A DNA stretch of 63,823 bases, the filler included, from Octopus bimaculoides (lineage: Eukaryota), in the NCBI RefSeq assembly GCF_001194135.2. It is 5 parts of 5 records of this genome, joined end to end, with 100 filler letters (N's around TTAATTAATTAA, not from the genome) between each part and the next. Parts side by side here need not be neighbours in the genome. Positions count along the whole stretch, not along the records: positions 1 to 18,444 come from NC_068982.1; 4 more parts are not named here. The stretch is one strand, 5' to 3'. The notes beneath the pieces are model-generated. The model saw only the letters and a program-made list of their open reading frames with translations. It ran no database searches and was not told the DNA's origin. Below are positions 1 to 12,865 of this stretch, piece by piece; within the stretch, counting starts at the first letter, position 1, and every line of letters begins with the position of its first letter. Made by a program: the position numbers and the translations under genes.

Positions 1-703
1 CAGAAGGAGGAGACACATCATGTCCGGGATCCCGGACAAACAAACAAACACGACTGCAAACAACACCTCTGCCAAATAACCGAGTCAAACACTAAAATCT
101 GAAATACACAAAAGGACGCATTCGATAAAGTAGTTCTATCTACGCAGGCTGGTTAAAATCGGAGCTCTTTCGGTCATAGATCTTCTCAGTCAGGGATGGT
201 TTGGAGATAGGCAACAACAACAGCAAAAACAACGACGACAACAACAACAACGACGACAACAACAACGACATAGCGTCGATATTTTAACAAGATGCATTTC
301 TTATGATCTCAGGAATTCTAAAATCCGATTCTTTTTTAAGTGAATGCCTTGTAAGCATTCGCTCACTTGATAACCACATAGGTGTTTCTCTCTGTTCCCC
401 AGCTTTCAGGAGAGCAAATTGTATTCAGCCTTTCATTTGTGATCGACCTGGCATTGTTTGGTCTTTCTTTCACCTCTTTTCCTTCTTCCCCTTTTCTTTC
501 CTCTCTTTTCTCATTTCTATCTTTATTCGTTTTCTTTCGCTATTCATTCATTCATTCATTCATTCATTCATTCTTTCGTTACCTTTTCATTCGTTTAATT
601 ACAATTCTGGAGTTGTTGGGCATTTTCACTTTTAACACCCGTGATAGGAACCGAACTCCGTACTGTAAGAATAACAAAACGCCAGTTATTATTAAATTGT
701 CAA

Positions 704-1008
704 AAGGCGGCGAGCTGACAGAAACGTTAGCACGCCGGGCGAAATGCTTAGCGATATTTCGTGTCTTTACGTTCTGAGTTCAAATTCCGTCGAGGTCGAC
801 TTTGCCTTTCATCCTCTCGGGGTCGATAAATTAAGTACCAGTTTCATACTAGGGTCGATCTAATTGACTGATACCCTCCCCCAAAATTTCGGGCCTTGTG
901 CCTAGACTAGAAAAAATATTTCGTCTCTCTTTACGTTCTGAGTTCAAAGTTCGCCGAGGTCGACTTTGCCTTTCATCTTTTCGGGGTCGATAAATTAAGT
1001 ACCAGTTA
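704..1008 (+). mobile_element. tRNA-derived SINE family B plus partial tandem copy
   Basis: aaggcggcgagctg..ctgagttcaaattcc..gaggtcgactttgcctttcatcc..ggggtcgataaattaagtaccag; more than 15 copies in the window. Confidence 0.9.
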
Positions 1009-1351
1009 ANNNNNNNNNNNNNNNNNNNNNNNNNNNNNNNNNNNNNNNNNNNNNNNNNNNNNNNNNNNNNNNNNNNNNNNNNNNNNNNNNNNNNNNNNNN
1101 NNNNNNNNNNNNNNNNNNNNNNNNNNNNNNNNNNNNNNNNATATATTTTTAACTTTTCCGGTGTTATTTGAATTAACACGAAAAATATTTTTATCGTAAT
1201 GTTTTATCGATATCTTTTCTTTTTTACCTCTATTCTATTTTTCTTCTGCAACTTTTGTTCATCGATTTTGAAATTTGAATAAGAATTTTATTTCTTTTCA
1301 GACATATGAAGATGGAATGCTAAATAGGAAAAAAAATGGCGAATTATCTGA

Positions 1352-1676
1352 CGCAGGCGTGGCTGTGGTAAAAAGCTTCCTTCCCAACCACATGGTTCCG
1401 GGTTCAGTCTCACTGCGTAGCACCAAAGCCTTGTGAGTGGATTTAGTAGATGGAAACTGAAAGAAGCCTGTCGCATATGTATCTATTTGTGTGTGTCTTT
1501 GGCGTCTGTGTTTGTCCCCTACGTTCACTGGACAACCGGTGTTGGTGCGTTTACGTCCCTGTAACTTAGCGGTTCGACAAAGAGACCGATAGAATAAGTA
1601 CCTGGGGTCGATTCGTTCGAGGTGGTGCCCCAGCATGGCCGCAGTCTCATGACTGAAACAAGTAAAAGACAAAAGA
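1352..1676 (+). mobile_element. tRNA-derived SINE family A
   Basis: A-box/B-box-like head (ggcgtggctgtggtaa..ggttccgggttcagtc), body shared with >12 copies in the window, taaaaga tail. Confidence 0.9.
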
Positions 1677-2029
1677 AGGAACGCCAAGTAGGAAAAAAGA
1701 CAACAAAAAAAATACGAATTTATCCGACATAGGCGCAGGGGTGGCTGTGTGGTAAGAAGCTTGTTTATATATATATATATACACATACACACATCTACAT
1801 ATATATATTTGTATATATATATACACATACACATATATGTATATATACACACATCAACATATATCACTGATATATTATAATTATCCAGTTATGATGACAT
1901 GCGTGTACACGGCACGCAATAACAGACCGGGATTACTCCATTCTGCCTGCATCAGTCTATTTTACATGCGATCAAGGAAAAGAGGATCTGATATAAAAAT
2001 ATTATTTCATATTATTTGATTAATAATCT

Positions 2030-2294
2030 TAGTATACAGTTTTCACTTTTGATATTAAATCAATTTTCTGCAGATTTTGCAATGCCATTTGTCTACGAAA
2101 TCATAATGAAAATGGGAAACGGCTTTGAAGTTTTCTTCTGCTTCGACAGATAAGGAAAATGTTATGCAAGTGCCGTTAGCGATAGAAATGAAACTGAATC
2201 TGTGCTTCTTAAGGGTACAGTATTAATGTATATATATAAAGTTTGACTGCGATTCCAAACGGTCCAGTATGTAGGAGTATGTCGAAAGGGTTAA
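2030..2294. mobile_element. piggyBac-type MITE right end (left boundary uncertain)
   Basis: Terminates in gtcgaaaGGG|TTAA. Confidence 0.35.
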
Positions 2295-2894
2295 CCGGGT
2301 AAAATCCCTGCCGAACCACATATAACATTTTAATGGGTAATAACTGGCACGGGGAACGTAGAAGATTTCAATACAAGGTCAGAGGTGGGCTAAACCTCAA
2401 CACGGAAAACACGAGCACTGGTATCGCTTGGTTTTTAACATTTCTATTATGTGCTGTCTCTCATCATTTGACAAGCGCTTTGCTTTGTTTCTATTCCTGT
2501 GAGATCAATTCCTGACGACGCGTTGTAACCTTGAACAAGACACTTCATTTCATGTTGCTCGAATCCACTCAGCTGGCAAAAATGAGTTGTACCTGTAATT
2601 CAAAAGGCTAGCCTTGTCACATTGAATCTCCCTGGGTACGTGTGTCTGGGGAGTGCTCAACCACTTTCACGTTAATTTCACGAATAGGCTGGTCCGTTGA
2701 TCGGATCATCAGGGACACTCTTCGTCATAAGCGACGGAGAACCAGTTTAGTTTAGGTACTTATTCTAACGTCTTTTTGCTGAACCACTGTTACGAGGACG
2801 TAAATAAAACAACACCGGTTTTGGAGCGGTAGTGGGACAACAAATTGAAAGAGAGAGAGAGAGAATAATTATTTCAAATTTTTTTTGCCACAAG

Positions 2895-3015
2895 GATAGC
2901 TTGGAGTGGGTGGGTGAGGATGAGTCGATGTAATCGACTCCAGTGTTCAGCTGGTACTTAATTTATTGACCCCGAAAGGATGAAAGGCAAAGTCGACCAT
3001 GGAATAATAATAATA

Positions 3016-3046
<31 letters not shown>

Positions 3047-3264
3047 GCTTCAAATGTTGTCACAAGGGCAGCAATTGTGGCGGGAGGAGATGAGATTTGT
3101 CGATTACATCGACCCTAGTCTTTAACTGCTACTTATTTTATCGTCCCCGAAAGGATGAACGGCAAATTCGACCTGGGCGGAATTTGAACTCAGAACGTAA
3201 AGGTGGACGAACTACCGTTAAGCATTTTGTCCAGCGTGCTAACGATTCTGCCAGCTCGCCGCCC
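2895..3264 (-). mobile_element. Two SINE family B copies separated by (AAT)n
   Basis: Truncated copy at 2895-3003, (AAT)n, then a full copy at 3055-3264. Confidence 0.88.
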
Positions 3265-3426
3265 TAGGAGGGAGAATAATGGTGTGTAATGAAGGTCGTT
3301 ATTGTGAAAGAGGTATTGATGATGAATCAATTTTACTCAATGATCGAAAAAAGTGTAGCAAACTTCATTCTCCAAAATCTACGGTATTTACTCGTATATA
3401 ATTCGCACACCTAATTTTGACCTTAA

Positions 3427-3849
3427 CCCTTTGAACCCTATGAGCCCAACCTGACATGACCTCCACTTTGAGCTCCTAGCGAAAATTTGCAAGAAATTCA
3501 TTTATGATTTATTTTTATTCATGCGTTAGATTTTGTTGTTATTTATGATAAATCAATAAAATACCTCTTTCATGTTGTTTATTTTATTTTCTCACTTCTA
3601 TCTCCAAAACTGGACTTTAGCGTACCAGTTTTGCCTGTGGTACCCCGACGTACAAAGAAGCTTTACAATAATTACATCAGTAAACTGTTTTTGACATTTT
3701 GGGTTGGTCCTTATATGCAGCACTTGGATTTTGTTGTCTGGCTCTGTTCGGCTGTGAATGGAAGCCTAAACTGCGAAGTAAGTTTAGGCTTCCATTAAAT
3801 AGTTAAATAGTTAGCAGCCTAGAAAAACCGGTATGGCGGTTTCAAAGGG
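3427..3849. mobile_element. piggyBac-type MITE
   Basis: Left end TTAA|CCCTTTGAACC and right end GGTTTCAAAGGG (inverted). Internal 13-bp hairpin at ~3761-3794. Confidence 0.6.
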
Positions 3850-4696
3850 TTGGTCGTAGTACAAATTGTTTTCCGCACTTCATATTCAAAACTTGACCTC
3901 AACTTTGCCCCAGGCGTCAGTTTTCTTTGTTCTTTTCTCAGTAAAAATCAAATCTAAAATAGTGCAACTTACCTACGAAAAAATACAGTAAAACTGGCTC
4001 TCTATGTTGCTTTTGAAGATTTTATTACCTTTTACTCGTTTTAGCCATTACACTGCGGCCACGGTAGGGCACCACCTTCAAGAACTGTAATCGAATGAAT
4101 TCACCCAGCTCTTTATTTTTGGGTTTTTAAAGCCTGGTTTTAATGCCGTTCACTTTCGCCGAAACTCTTAAGATATGGGAATGTAAACACACCAACAACA
4201 GTTGTCAAACGGTGGTTGGGACAAACACAGACACGCGCATGCGTATGTATGTGTGCCTTGTTGTACCACTATTCTATATTTATACTTCTACCTTTACGGT
4301 GCTTTATTTGACTGGGAAGTAAAACATTTATCTTGCAATATTTAATTTTTTCATTGAAAACGTTTTCGCTGTTCTCGGTTCTGTTAACGGCTAAGCGTTC
4401 AGGTGAGTATACTAGCACTGATGGGGCAACATTTGAAATATTGTCCAGGTAAATCTAGCTGAGGACTAATTAAATTTACGATAAGAAATGTATTTGAAGA
4501 GTCCGAAACCTAGGTACTGGATTATCCAATTCTGGGTTGTCCATTTATCTAATGTTCTTCCTAAAGGTAAGACGAAATTTTTATGTTCGCTGCCCGCACG
4601 CATCTTTGCCAAAATATATACAGAGAACCTTTACTATAGCGTCGTAAAATTATCGACTACTATTTCCAGTAAACATTGGTGCCTTGTTGTACCACT

Positions 4697-4736
<40 letters not shown>

Positions 4737-4940
4737 NNNNNNNNNNNNNNNNNNNNNNNNNNNNNNNNNNNNNNNNNNNNNNNNNNNNNNNNNNNNNNNN
4801 NNNNNNNNNNNNNNNNNNNNNNNNNNNNNNNNNNNNNNNNNNNNNNNNNNNNNNNNNNNNNNNNNNNNNNNNNNNNNNNNNNNNNNNNNNNNNNNNNNNN
4901 NNNNNNNNNNNNNNNNNNNNNNNNNNNNNNNNNNNNNNNT

Positions 4941-5126
4941 TTTACTTTTTCAGTCATTTGACTGCGGCCATGCTGGAGTAACACCTTTTTAGTCGAACAA
5001 ATCGACCTCAGGACTTATTCTTTGTAAGCCTAGTACTTATTCTATCGGTCTCTTTTGCCGAACCGCTATATTTACGGGGACACAAACACACCAACATCGG
5101 TTGTCAAGCGATGGTGGGGGACAAAG

Positions 5127-5161
<35 letters not shown>

Positions 5162-5331
5162 CATGTGTGTGATGGGCTTCTTTCAGTTTCCATCTACCAA
5201 ATCCACTCACAAGGCTTTGGTCGGACCGAGCCTTTAGTAAAAGACACTTTCCCAAGGTGTCACTGCAGTGGGACTGAACCCGGGACCATGTGGTTGGTAA
5301 GCAAGCTTCTTACCACACAGCCATGCCTGCG
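4941..5331 (-). mobile_element. SINE family A, full length
   Basis: Reverse complement of the family A consensus seen elsewhere in the window; internal (CA)/(TA) microsatellite. Confidence 0.92.
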
Positions 5332-5366
5332 TCTAATATATATATACATACATAAACGCACACACA

Positions 5367-6015
5367 TACTCGAAGCGAAGTCAAAAATTATCCGCACTTT
5401 CGCCATAACATCTATTATTATACTGCCTTTTGCGCATGCGTGCTTATAGTTGGTGCTATTGTAGTCACGTGATCGAAGTTTGAGCCTGATCTTTCTGGCT
5501 TTACAGTGTAAGCATGGCTGCTTCACTAGCAATTTGCACCAAAGAACAAAGAGCAGTGATCCAGGAGATGGTAATGCTGAACCGGTTCACCATTACCATC
5601 TCCCCAGCTTGTTGGATCTTCTCGTCAATGGTGGAGGATTACGGGCGTCCTGCTTCCCCTTCGTGCGTAACGCTCGCCCGGCCACTTTTTGACTTCTCGA
5701 TCCCCTCATGCACACTTCTACGCGTTACTGCACTGTCCCCGTATTGTGTTAAAAGCCTCCGATTAATTTCAGCACCTGACACACCTTCCCACCAGAGAAA
5801 TCGGATCACTGCTCTTCGTTGTTCGTTGGTGCACGTTGGTAGTGGAGTGGCAATGCTTACACTGCAAAGTCAGAAAGAAAAATGGTGCAACCAGGCTCAA
5901 ACTTCGATCACGTGACCACAATAGTACCAGCTATAAGCACGCATGCGCAGAAGGTAGTGTGACATTAGTATATGTTATGGCGAAAGTGCGGATAATTTTT
6001 GACCTCCCTCGAATA
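5367..6015. mobile_element. Fold-back non-autonomous mariner built from two inverted left ends
   Basis: ~170-200 bp inverted arms, each running into the transposase start (MAASLAICTK-EQRAVI on +; IATPLPTCTNEQ-RAVIRFLWWEGVSGAEINRRL on -). 40-bp palindromic junction at 5564-5603. Confidence 0.85.
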
Positions 6016-6024
6016 TATATGTAT

Positions 6025-6213
6025 ATTCTTTTGTTTCAGTCATTTGACTGCGGCCATGCTGGAGCACCTCCTTTAGTCGAACAAATCGACCCCAGGACGT
6101 ATTCTTTGTAAGCGTTGTACTTATTCTATCGGTCTCTTTTGCCGAACCGCTAGGTTACGGGAACGGAGACACACTAGCATCGATTGTCAAGCGTTAGTTG
6201 GGGAACAAACACA

Positions 6214-6249
<36 letters not shown>

Positions 6250-6295
6250 ACAGGCTTCTTTCAGTTTCTGTCTACCAAATCCACTCACAAGTCTT
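6025..6295 (-). mobile_element. SINE family A (head lost in gap)
   Basis: Matches 4941-5220. Confidence 0.88.
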
Positions 6296-7084
6296 TNNNN
6301 NNNNNNNNNNNNNNNNNNNNNNNNNNNNNNNNNNNNNNNNNNNNNNNNNNNNNNNNNNNNNNNNNNNNNNNNNNNNNNNNNNNNNNNNNNNNNNNNNNNN
6401 NNNNNNNNNNNNNNNNNNNNNNNNNNNNNNNNNNNNNNNNNNNNNNNNNNNNNNNNNNNNNNNNNNNNNNNNNNNNNNNNNNNNNNNNNNNNNNNNNNNN
6501 NNNNNNNNNNNNNNNNNNNNNNNNNNNNNNNNNNNNNNNNNNNNNNNNNNNNNNNNNNNNNNNNNNNNNNNNNNNNNNNNNNNNNNNNNNNNNNNNNNNN
6601 NNNNNNNNNNNNNNNNNNNNNNNNNNNNNNNNNNNNNNNNNNNNNNNNNNNNNNNNNNNNNNNNNNNNNNNNNNNNNNNNNNNNNNNNNNNNNNNNNNNN
6701 NNNNNNNNNNNNNNNNNNNNNNNNNNNNNNNNNNCTCTCAAACTCGTTGTGGATTGTTTCATTACGTGTTTTATGCCACGTAACAAAAACAGATGATACA
6801 AGGCGGATGCGACGGATAACATTTTTTTTTTGTCAGTCATTAGCAACAGTTAATTTTGTTTGGCAATCTAAATCACACTGGAATAGTTCCGTTAATAAAT
6901 GAGAAAAATTATATTATTTCCGGTCACGTGTTTTATCCTATCAGCGTATCACGTGTTACTGCTGCGGTTATTGAGGTGACTGGCAAATCTCCTGTGTCCG
7001 TGTCACGGGAAAATTCAGAGACAAAATTGACAGAACTAGCAATATTGTTAACATTATAATCAATAATAATAATAATAATAATAC

Positions 7085-7612
7085 TATTATAGGCACGAAG
7101 CCTGAAATTTGTGGGAAGGAGGCCAGTCGATTAGATCTGCCTCAATACACAACTGGTACTTAATTTATCAACCCCGAAAGGCAAAGTCGACCTCGGCGGA
7201 AATTTAGGGGAGGGGGAAGCGGATAGTTAATTACATCGACCTGAGTGTTTCACTGGTACTTAATTTATCGATCCTGAATGGATGAAAGGCAAAGTCGACC
7301 TTGGCGGAATTTGAACTCTGAACGTAGCGTTGGGCGAAATACCACTAAGCTTTTCGTCCAGCGTGCTAACGATTATGCCAGCTCGCCGCCTTAATAATAA
7401 TAATAAGTTTCAAATTCTGGCTCAAGGCCCGAAATTTCAGAGGGAGGAGGGGGTAAGTCGATTATAATGATTCCAGTGTTCAACTGGTACTTATTTTATG
7501 GACCGAGGTCAATTTTGCCTTCAATCGTTTGATTAAACGCAAAATTGACCTCAAAACGCAGAGACGGACGAAATGCCTGGCGTGCATACGATTCTGGTAT
7601 CTCGTCGCCTTA
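7085..7612 (-). mobile_element. Array of three SINE family B copies with (AAT)n flanks
   Basis: Copies at ~7085-7200, ~7200-7392 and ~7405-7612. Confidence 0.85.
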
Positions 7613-8629
7613 AAGATTATATTAATGAATTCTAATAGAGCCGACAAATCTTGGGGAACGCATTAATCGATGAAATCGAACCGACTACGTGATATGCCCG
7701 GCGGTAGGTGCCGCAGGACTTACTACAGCTGTTGGTAAAGCCGGCCCAGAGGTGGCTTTCCTCTGGGTACGGCATTATTTTTACAACTTGCAATTTTCTT
7801 CTTCCTTGAGTTTATGCGCACTTCCAACTATTTGTGCAGGAATAACTAAGATATATTGAAACAAGTCAAAATATGCTTGTTATTTATGCAAGTTTGGTTC
7901 AGACATTTCAACATTCTGGAATTAAATGTAGAGAAAGCGACAGCTGCAGTTGCAAGTAAGATGTTTGTGTTAGGGTAGACGAATTTTGAATGAATATCAG
8001 AATCATTTGAGTTTCAGCAACAATGAATTGTCCACAATGGTGAAACAACAGATCAAATATATCGCAGTGTTTGCTTTCTCTCTTCTAAATTTAAAATCAG
8101 CATATGGTGCTCTGAAATTTCAGCCGTAAAATGTAATACATATCACTCCATAACTTTCCAACTTTTAGAAATATTTAGATGTAGTTAAGGTCTCTGGAAA
8201 AATACTTCCGTTTACATTCTGAATTCAAAACCCTGTCGTACTGTGTGAGAAATATTGTATAAAGTCGCACCAAATATACTTTAGTAAAAGAAAATAAAGC
8301 AAAGTAGGATAAGATAGGACAATAAAGCAGTTCGAAAGCGCTTAAAAATTAGCCTCAACACCCCAGAACGAGGCTCCCCCCCCCAAACGAGGCTCACTCA
8401 CACACCAAGTGAATGGTTTACTATGTATCCACCTTTCTATCAATCAACCCACCCATCAACTCTATCTATCGATCCATTTATTTGTCTGTCTATCCATCTG
8501 TCTACCTAGCGATCCATTTATTTGTCTGTCCCAATCTGTCTACCTATCTACATTTATACCTACTTCGTTATCCAAATCTTTTACACATCCTTAAACTTTT
8601 AAAACTCAAAAAATTTCAAAACTTTTATA

Positions 8630-8715
8630 TACAGTAATCCCTCGACTATTACGGGTGTTACGTTCCAAACCCACCCACGATTGGTGAAAATCTGCGAAGT
8701 AGAAACAGTACGGTA
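8630..8715 (+). mobile_element. Tigger/pogo-like terminal fragment
   Basis: TA|cagtaatccctcgac.. resembles a Tigger TIR; no partner end found. Confidence 0.4.
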
Positions 8716-8757
8716 CTATATATATATACTTTTTATAATTTGCATATATTTATTTTA

Positions 8758-9175
8758 GGTTTCAGGTTCAATCCCATTGTGCAGTGGGTAGCTTCTATTA
8801 AAACCCCGGGCCGACCAACGTCTTCTGAGTTAATTTGGCAGACGGAAACTGTGTGGAATCCTGTCGTAAATATATAAATGCAGTGTGCGTGTGTCCTCCC
8901 ACCACCGCTTGACAATCGGTGATAGTTTGTTTACATCCCCGTACTATAGCAGAATCAGCAAATGAGACCGAATGAATAAGCACTGGGTTTTAAAAGACAA
9001 TAAATATATATAGGCGTGGCTGTGTGGTAAGAAGCTTGCTTCCCAACTACATGGTTCCGGGTTCAGTCCCACTGCGTGGCACCTTGGGCAAGTGTCTTCT
9101 ACTATAGTCTCGGGCCGACCAAAGCCTTGTGAGTGAATTTGGTTGACGGAAACTGAAAGAAGCCCATCGTATATG
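8758..9175 (+). mobile_element. Two consecutive SINE family A copies
   Basis: Diverged copy at ~8758-9000, then a fresh head/body at 9012-9175 running into (GT)n and a gap. Confidence 0.85.
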
Positions 9176-11018
9176 TGTGTGTGTGTGTGTGTGTGTNNNN
9201 NNNNNNNNNNNNNNNNNNNNNNNNNNNNNNNNNNNNNNNNNNNNNNNNNNNNNNNNNNNNNNNNNNNNNNNNNNNNNNNNNNNNNNNNNNNNNNNNNNNN
9301 NNNNNNNNNNNNNNNNNNNNNNNNNNNNNNNNNNNNNNNNNNNNNNNNNNNNNNNNNNNNNNNNNNNNNNNNNNNNNNNNNNNNNNNNNNNNNNNNNNNN
9401 NNNNNNNNNNNNNNNNNNNNNNNNNNNNNNNNNNNNNNNNNNNNNNNNNNNNNNNNNNNNNNNNNNNNNNNNNNNNNNNNNNNNNNNNNNNNNNNNNNNN
9501 NNNNNNNNNNNNNNNNNNNNNNNNNNNNNNNNNNNNNNNNNNNNNNNNNNNNNNNNNNNNNNNNNNNNNNNNNNNNNNNNNNNNNNNNNNNNNNNNNNNN
9601 NNNNNNNNNNNNNNNNNNNNNNNNNNNNNNNNNNNNNNNNNNNNNNNNNNNNNNNNNNNNNNNNNNNNNNNNNNNNNNNNNNNNNNNNNNNNNNNNNNNN
9701 NNNNNNNNNNNNNNNNNNNNNNNNNNNNNNNNNNNNNNNNNNNNNNNNNNNNNNNNNNNNNNNNNNNNNNNNNNNNNNNNNNNNNNNNNNNNNNNNNNNN
9801 NNNNNNNNNNNNNNNNNNNNNNNNNNNNNNNNNNNNNNNNNNNNNNNNNNNNNNNNCCCATATTGTTATCCAACAGTGTTCTTAGTACTTTTGTACCGAA
9901 TGCACTGCATCGTCAACAAATACACGCAACCTCCACTGACCGAATCCAATTCACTGGAAATGTTTACCACAAGAATGAGCATCAGCGTGGTGTTGTTTAT
10001 AACAAATGTCCCATTAAGTTTTCTCTGAATTTCCATTCGTTTCCTCTGGCATCACAACAAAAATGGAAACCTTTAGATGAGTTTAATGAACCGAACTTAT
10101 AAGGAACATTGGTATCTAAGGGTTTTTCTTTTCTATGTTGTGTTCTTCCATCCAGTTAGAAATGGGACGAACATTAGTCTATAGAATTTCTATTTATTAG
10201 AATTAGAGCTCCGTAGTAAGGAGGAAATTCTATGTCAATTCAGCAAAGTTTCCAGAAGCTATGAAAAGAAAATTACAGAACAAAACAAATTCACTTGAGA
10301 GCTTGTTTTGTTTCTATCACAAAAACACCGTAATAATAATAATAATAATGATAATAATGTTATTCGTCAGTTGGTTTCTGCTTATTAAAGTGAATGTTTG
10401 GGATGATACGGTCGTTATTCAATTAATTCCAAGAATCCGCATTAATGATCTATCATAGAAGACAGAATAACAACGTCGATTAATTTGTCTTCAGGCGGAA
10501 CAAGCTGAAACTTAAAATCTAACTGTCACTCGTCGGCGTCGTCTATTGGAATCAACATTTATTTCTCTAATTTAAAACTTAATGAACGACGACAAAATGG
10601 AAGGTGAAAATATTAAATTGGGATACTTATATGTCAAATAAAGAAGGATTAACAGAAAGTTTTTCAAACGTTAATTACTCTGTAGATTAAAACTGTCTGA
10701 ATACCTTGGAGGTCATCAATGCAACGTTGATGACTTTCAGGAGACTTGCCGCCGCTATTTTAACCCGAGAGAGATGGGGGGGGGGGAAGATTTGTAAAAG
10801 TATCTAGTTTATCATGGATTACGGGGGACAGAAGATATTTATGAATGAGATTGCAATGAAAGTTCGTTAACTGCAAGGCTAACTGAGGTCACCCAACGCA
10901 ATTTCTTTAGAGATCGATTATCGCTGTTATAATTGGGTCTCTTTGTGAGTATTCTCGCGCGTGCGCGCACACACGTTAATACACACACGCCATATATACA
11001 CATCTCCCTCTCTCTCTC

Positions 11019-11051
<33 letters not shown>

Positions 11052-12143
11052 NNNNNNNNNNNNNNNNNNNNNNNNNNNNNNNNNNNNNNNNNNNNNNNNN
11101 NNNNNNNNNNNNNNNNNNNNNNNNNNNNNNNNNNNNNNNNNNNNNNNNNNNNNNNNNNNNNNNNNNNNNNNNNNNNNNNNNNNNNNNNNNNNNNNNNNNN
11201 NNNNNNNNNNNNNNNNNNNNNNNNNNNNNNNNNNNNNNNNNNNNNNNNNNNNNNNNNNNNNNNNNNNNNNNNNNNNNNNNNNNNNNNNNNNNNNNNNNNN
11301 NNNNNNNNNNNNNNNNNNNNNNNNNNNNNNNNNNNNNNNNNNNNNNNNNNNNNNNNNNNNNNNNNNNNNNNNNNNNNNNNNNNNNNNNNNNNNNNNNNNN
11401 NNNNNNNNNNNNNNNNNNNNNNNNNNNNNNNNNNNNNNNNNNNNNNNNNNNNNNNNNNNNNNNNNNNNNNNNNNNNNNNNNNNNNNNNNNNNNNNNNNNN
11501 NNNNNNNNNNNNNNNNNNNNNNNNNNNNNNNNNNNNNNNNNNNNNNNNNNNNNNNNNNNNNNNNNNNNNNNNNNNNNNNNNNNNNNNNNNNNNNNNNNNN
11601 NNNNNNNNNNNNNNNNNNNNNNNNNNNNNNNNNNNNNNNNNNNNNNNNNNNNNNNNNNNNNNNNNNNNNNNNNNNNNNCCTAAACATGCTGTTTAGGGTT
11701 AGGGGATTTGTTACGCCGAAAACGGGTGGTGTACGTATTCTTTACCTCCGCCGGTCAACGTTGTCTTTTACCATTTCGGGATCTCTTAAAAAAAAGGCCC
11801 TGAGGGCAGGGCGGTGATATGGCGGAGTTGTTAGAGTATCTAGAAAGATGTCTTGTAGTATCTGTTCGGATTCTGTATGGTTGATGCAGCTTGCATCCCA
11901 ATCTAACATCTACCAATGCCGTCGATTATGTTGTTGTGGTAGCTGCAGATGAATAAAAATGTATTTCTTAGGCTGCGTGTAGAAGTAATTAACAATACCT
12001 ATGAACAATTAACAAACGATTTATTTACTCAACAAAATAGTTTCCGTGTTGGACCTTTAACAAAAACTGACTGCGACAATTACACACCAGGAGGGACACA
12101 CCAATGAGATTTAAGATCTTATATATAGATAAGTAGCTATATG

Positions 12144-12865
12144 AGCAGGATTGGCTGTGTGGTAAGTAGCTTGCTTCCCAACCACATGGTTCCGGGTTCA
12201 GTCCCAATGCGTAACAGCTTGGGCAAATGTCTTCTATTACCTCAGGCCGACCAAAGTCTTGTGAGTGGTTTTGGTAGACGGATATATATATATATATATA
12301 TATTTATGTATTTGTGTGTGTGTGTGTGTGTGTGTTTGTATGTCTATGTTTGTCCTCCCCCCTTTACATCGCTTGACAACTGATGCTGGTGTTTACGTCC
12401 CCCCGTAACTTAGCGGTTCGGCAAAAAAAACCTGGTCGATTTGCTCGACTAAAGGCGGTGCTCCAGCATGGCTGTTGTCAAATGGCTGAAACAAATAAAA
12501 AATAAAAGTATACATACGAACCTTCAGGCGTAGGCATGACTGGTAAAAAGTTTGCTTCCAAACCACATGGTTCTGGGTTCAGTCCCACTGCGTGGCACCT
12601 TGAGCGAGTGTCTTCTACTAAAGCCCTAGATCGGTAATAGCCTTGTGGGTGGACTTGGGAGGCGGAAACTGAAAGAAGCCCATCGTATGTGCGTGTGTTT
12701 AGGTTTGTCCCCGTAACCTGGCCGTTCAACACAAAAGATCGACAAAATAAGTACCTGGCTTAAGAAAAATAAAAAATCCTGGGGTCGATTCATTCGACTA
12801 AAAACTCTTCAAGACGGTGCCCCAACATGGCCGCAGCCTAATGACTAAAACAAAAGATAAAATAA
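12144..12865 (+). mobile_element. Tandem pair of SINE family A
   Basis: Copies at ~12144-12500 and ~12527-12865. Confidence 0.88.

Noticed and set aside
161-194. CTGACTGA..GAAA on the minus strand as a fourth hammerhead
   Set aside because: Core spacing is wrong and no stem II or stem I can be formed.
3721-3777. 57-nt AG..GTAAGT bounded in-frame exon candidate
   Set aside because: It lies inside a piggyBac-type MITE, has a weak polypyrimidine tract and an unrecognisable peptide.
7740-8110. Possible hAT dimerisation-domain remnant
   Set aside because: Resemblance is too faint and strand-ambiguous.
9012-9085. tRNA-like heads with A/B boxes as tRNA genes
   Set aside because: No full cloverleaf; each continues into a SINE body repeated many times.
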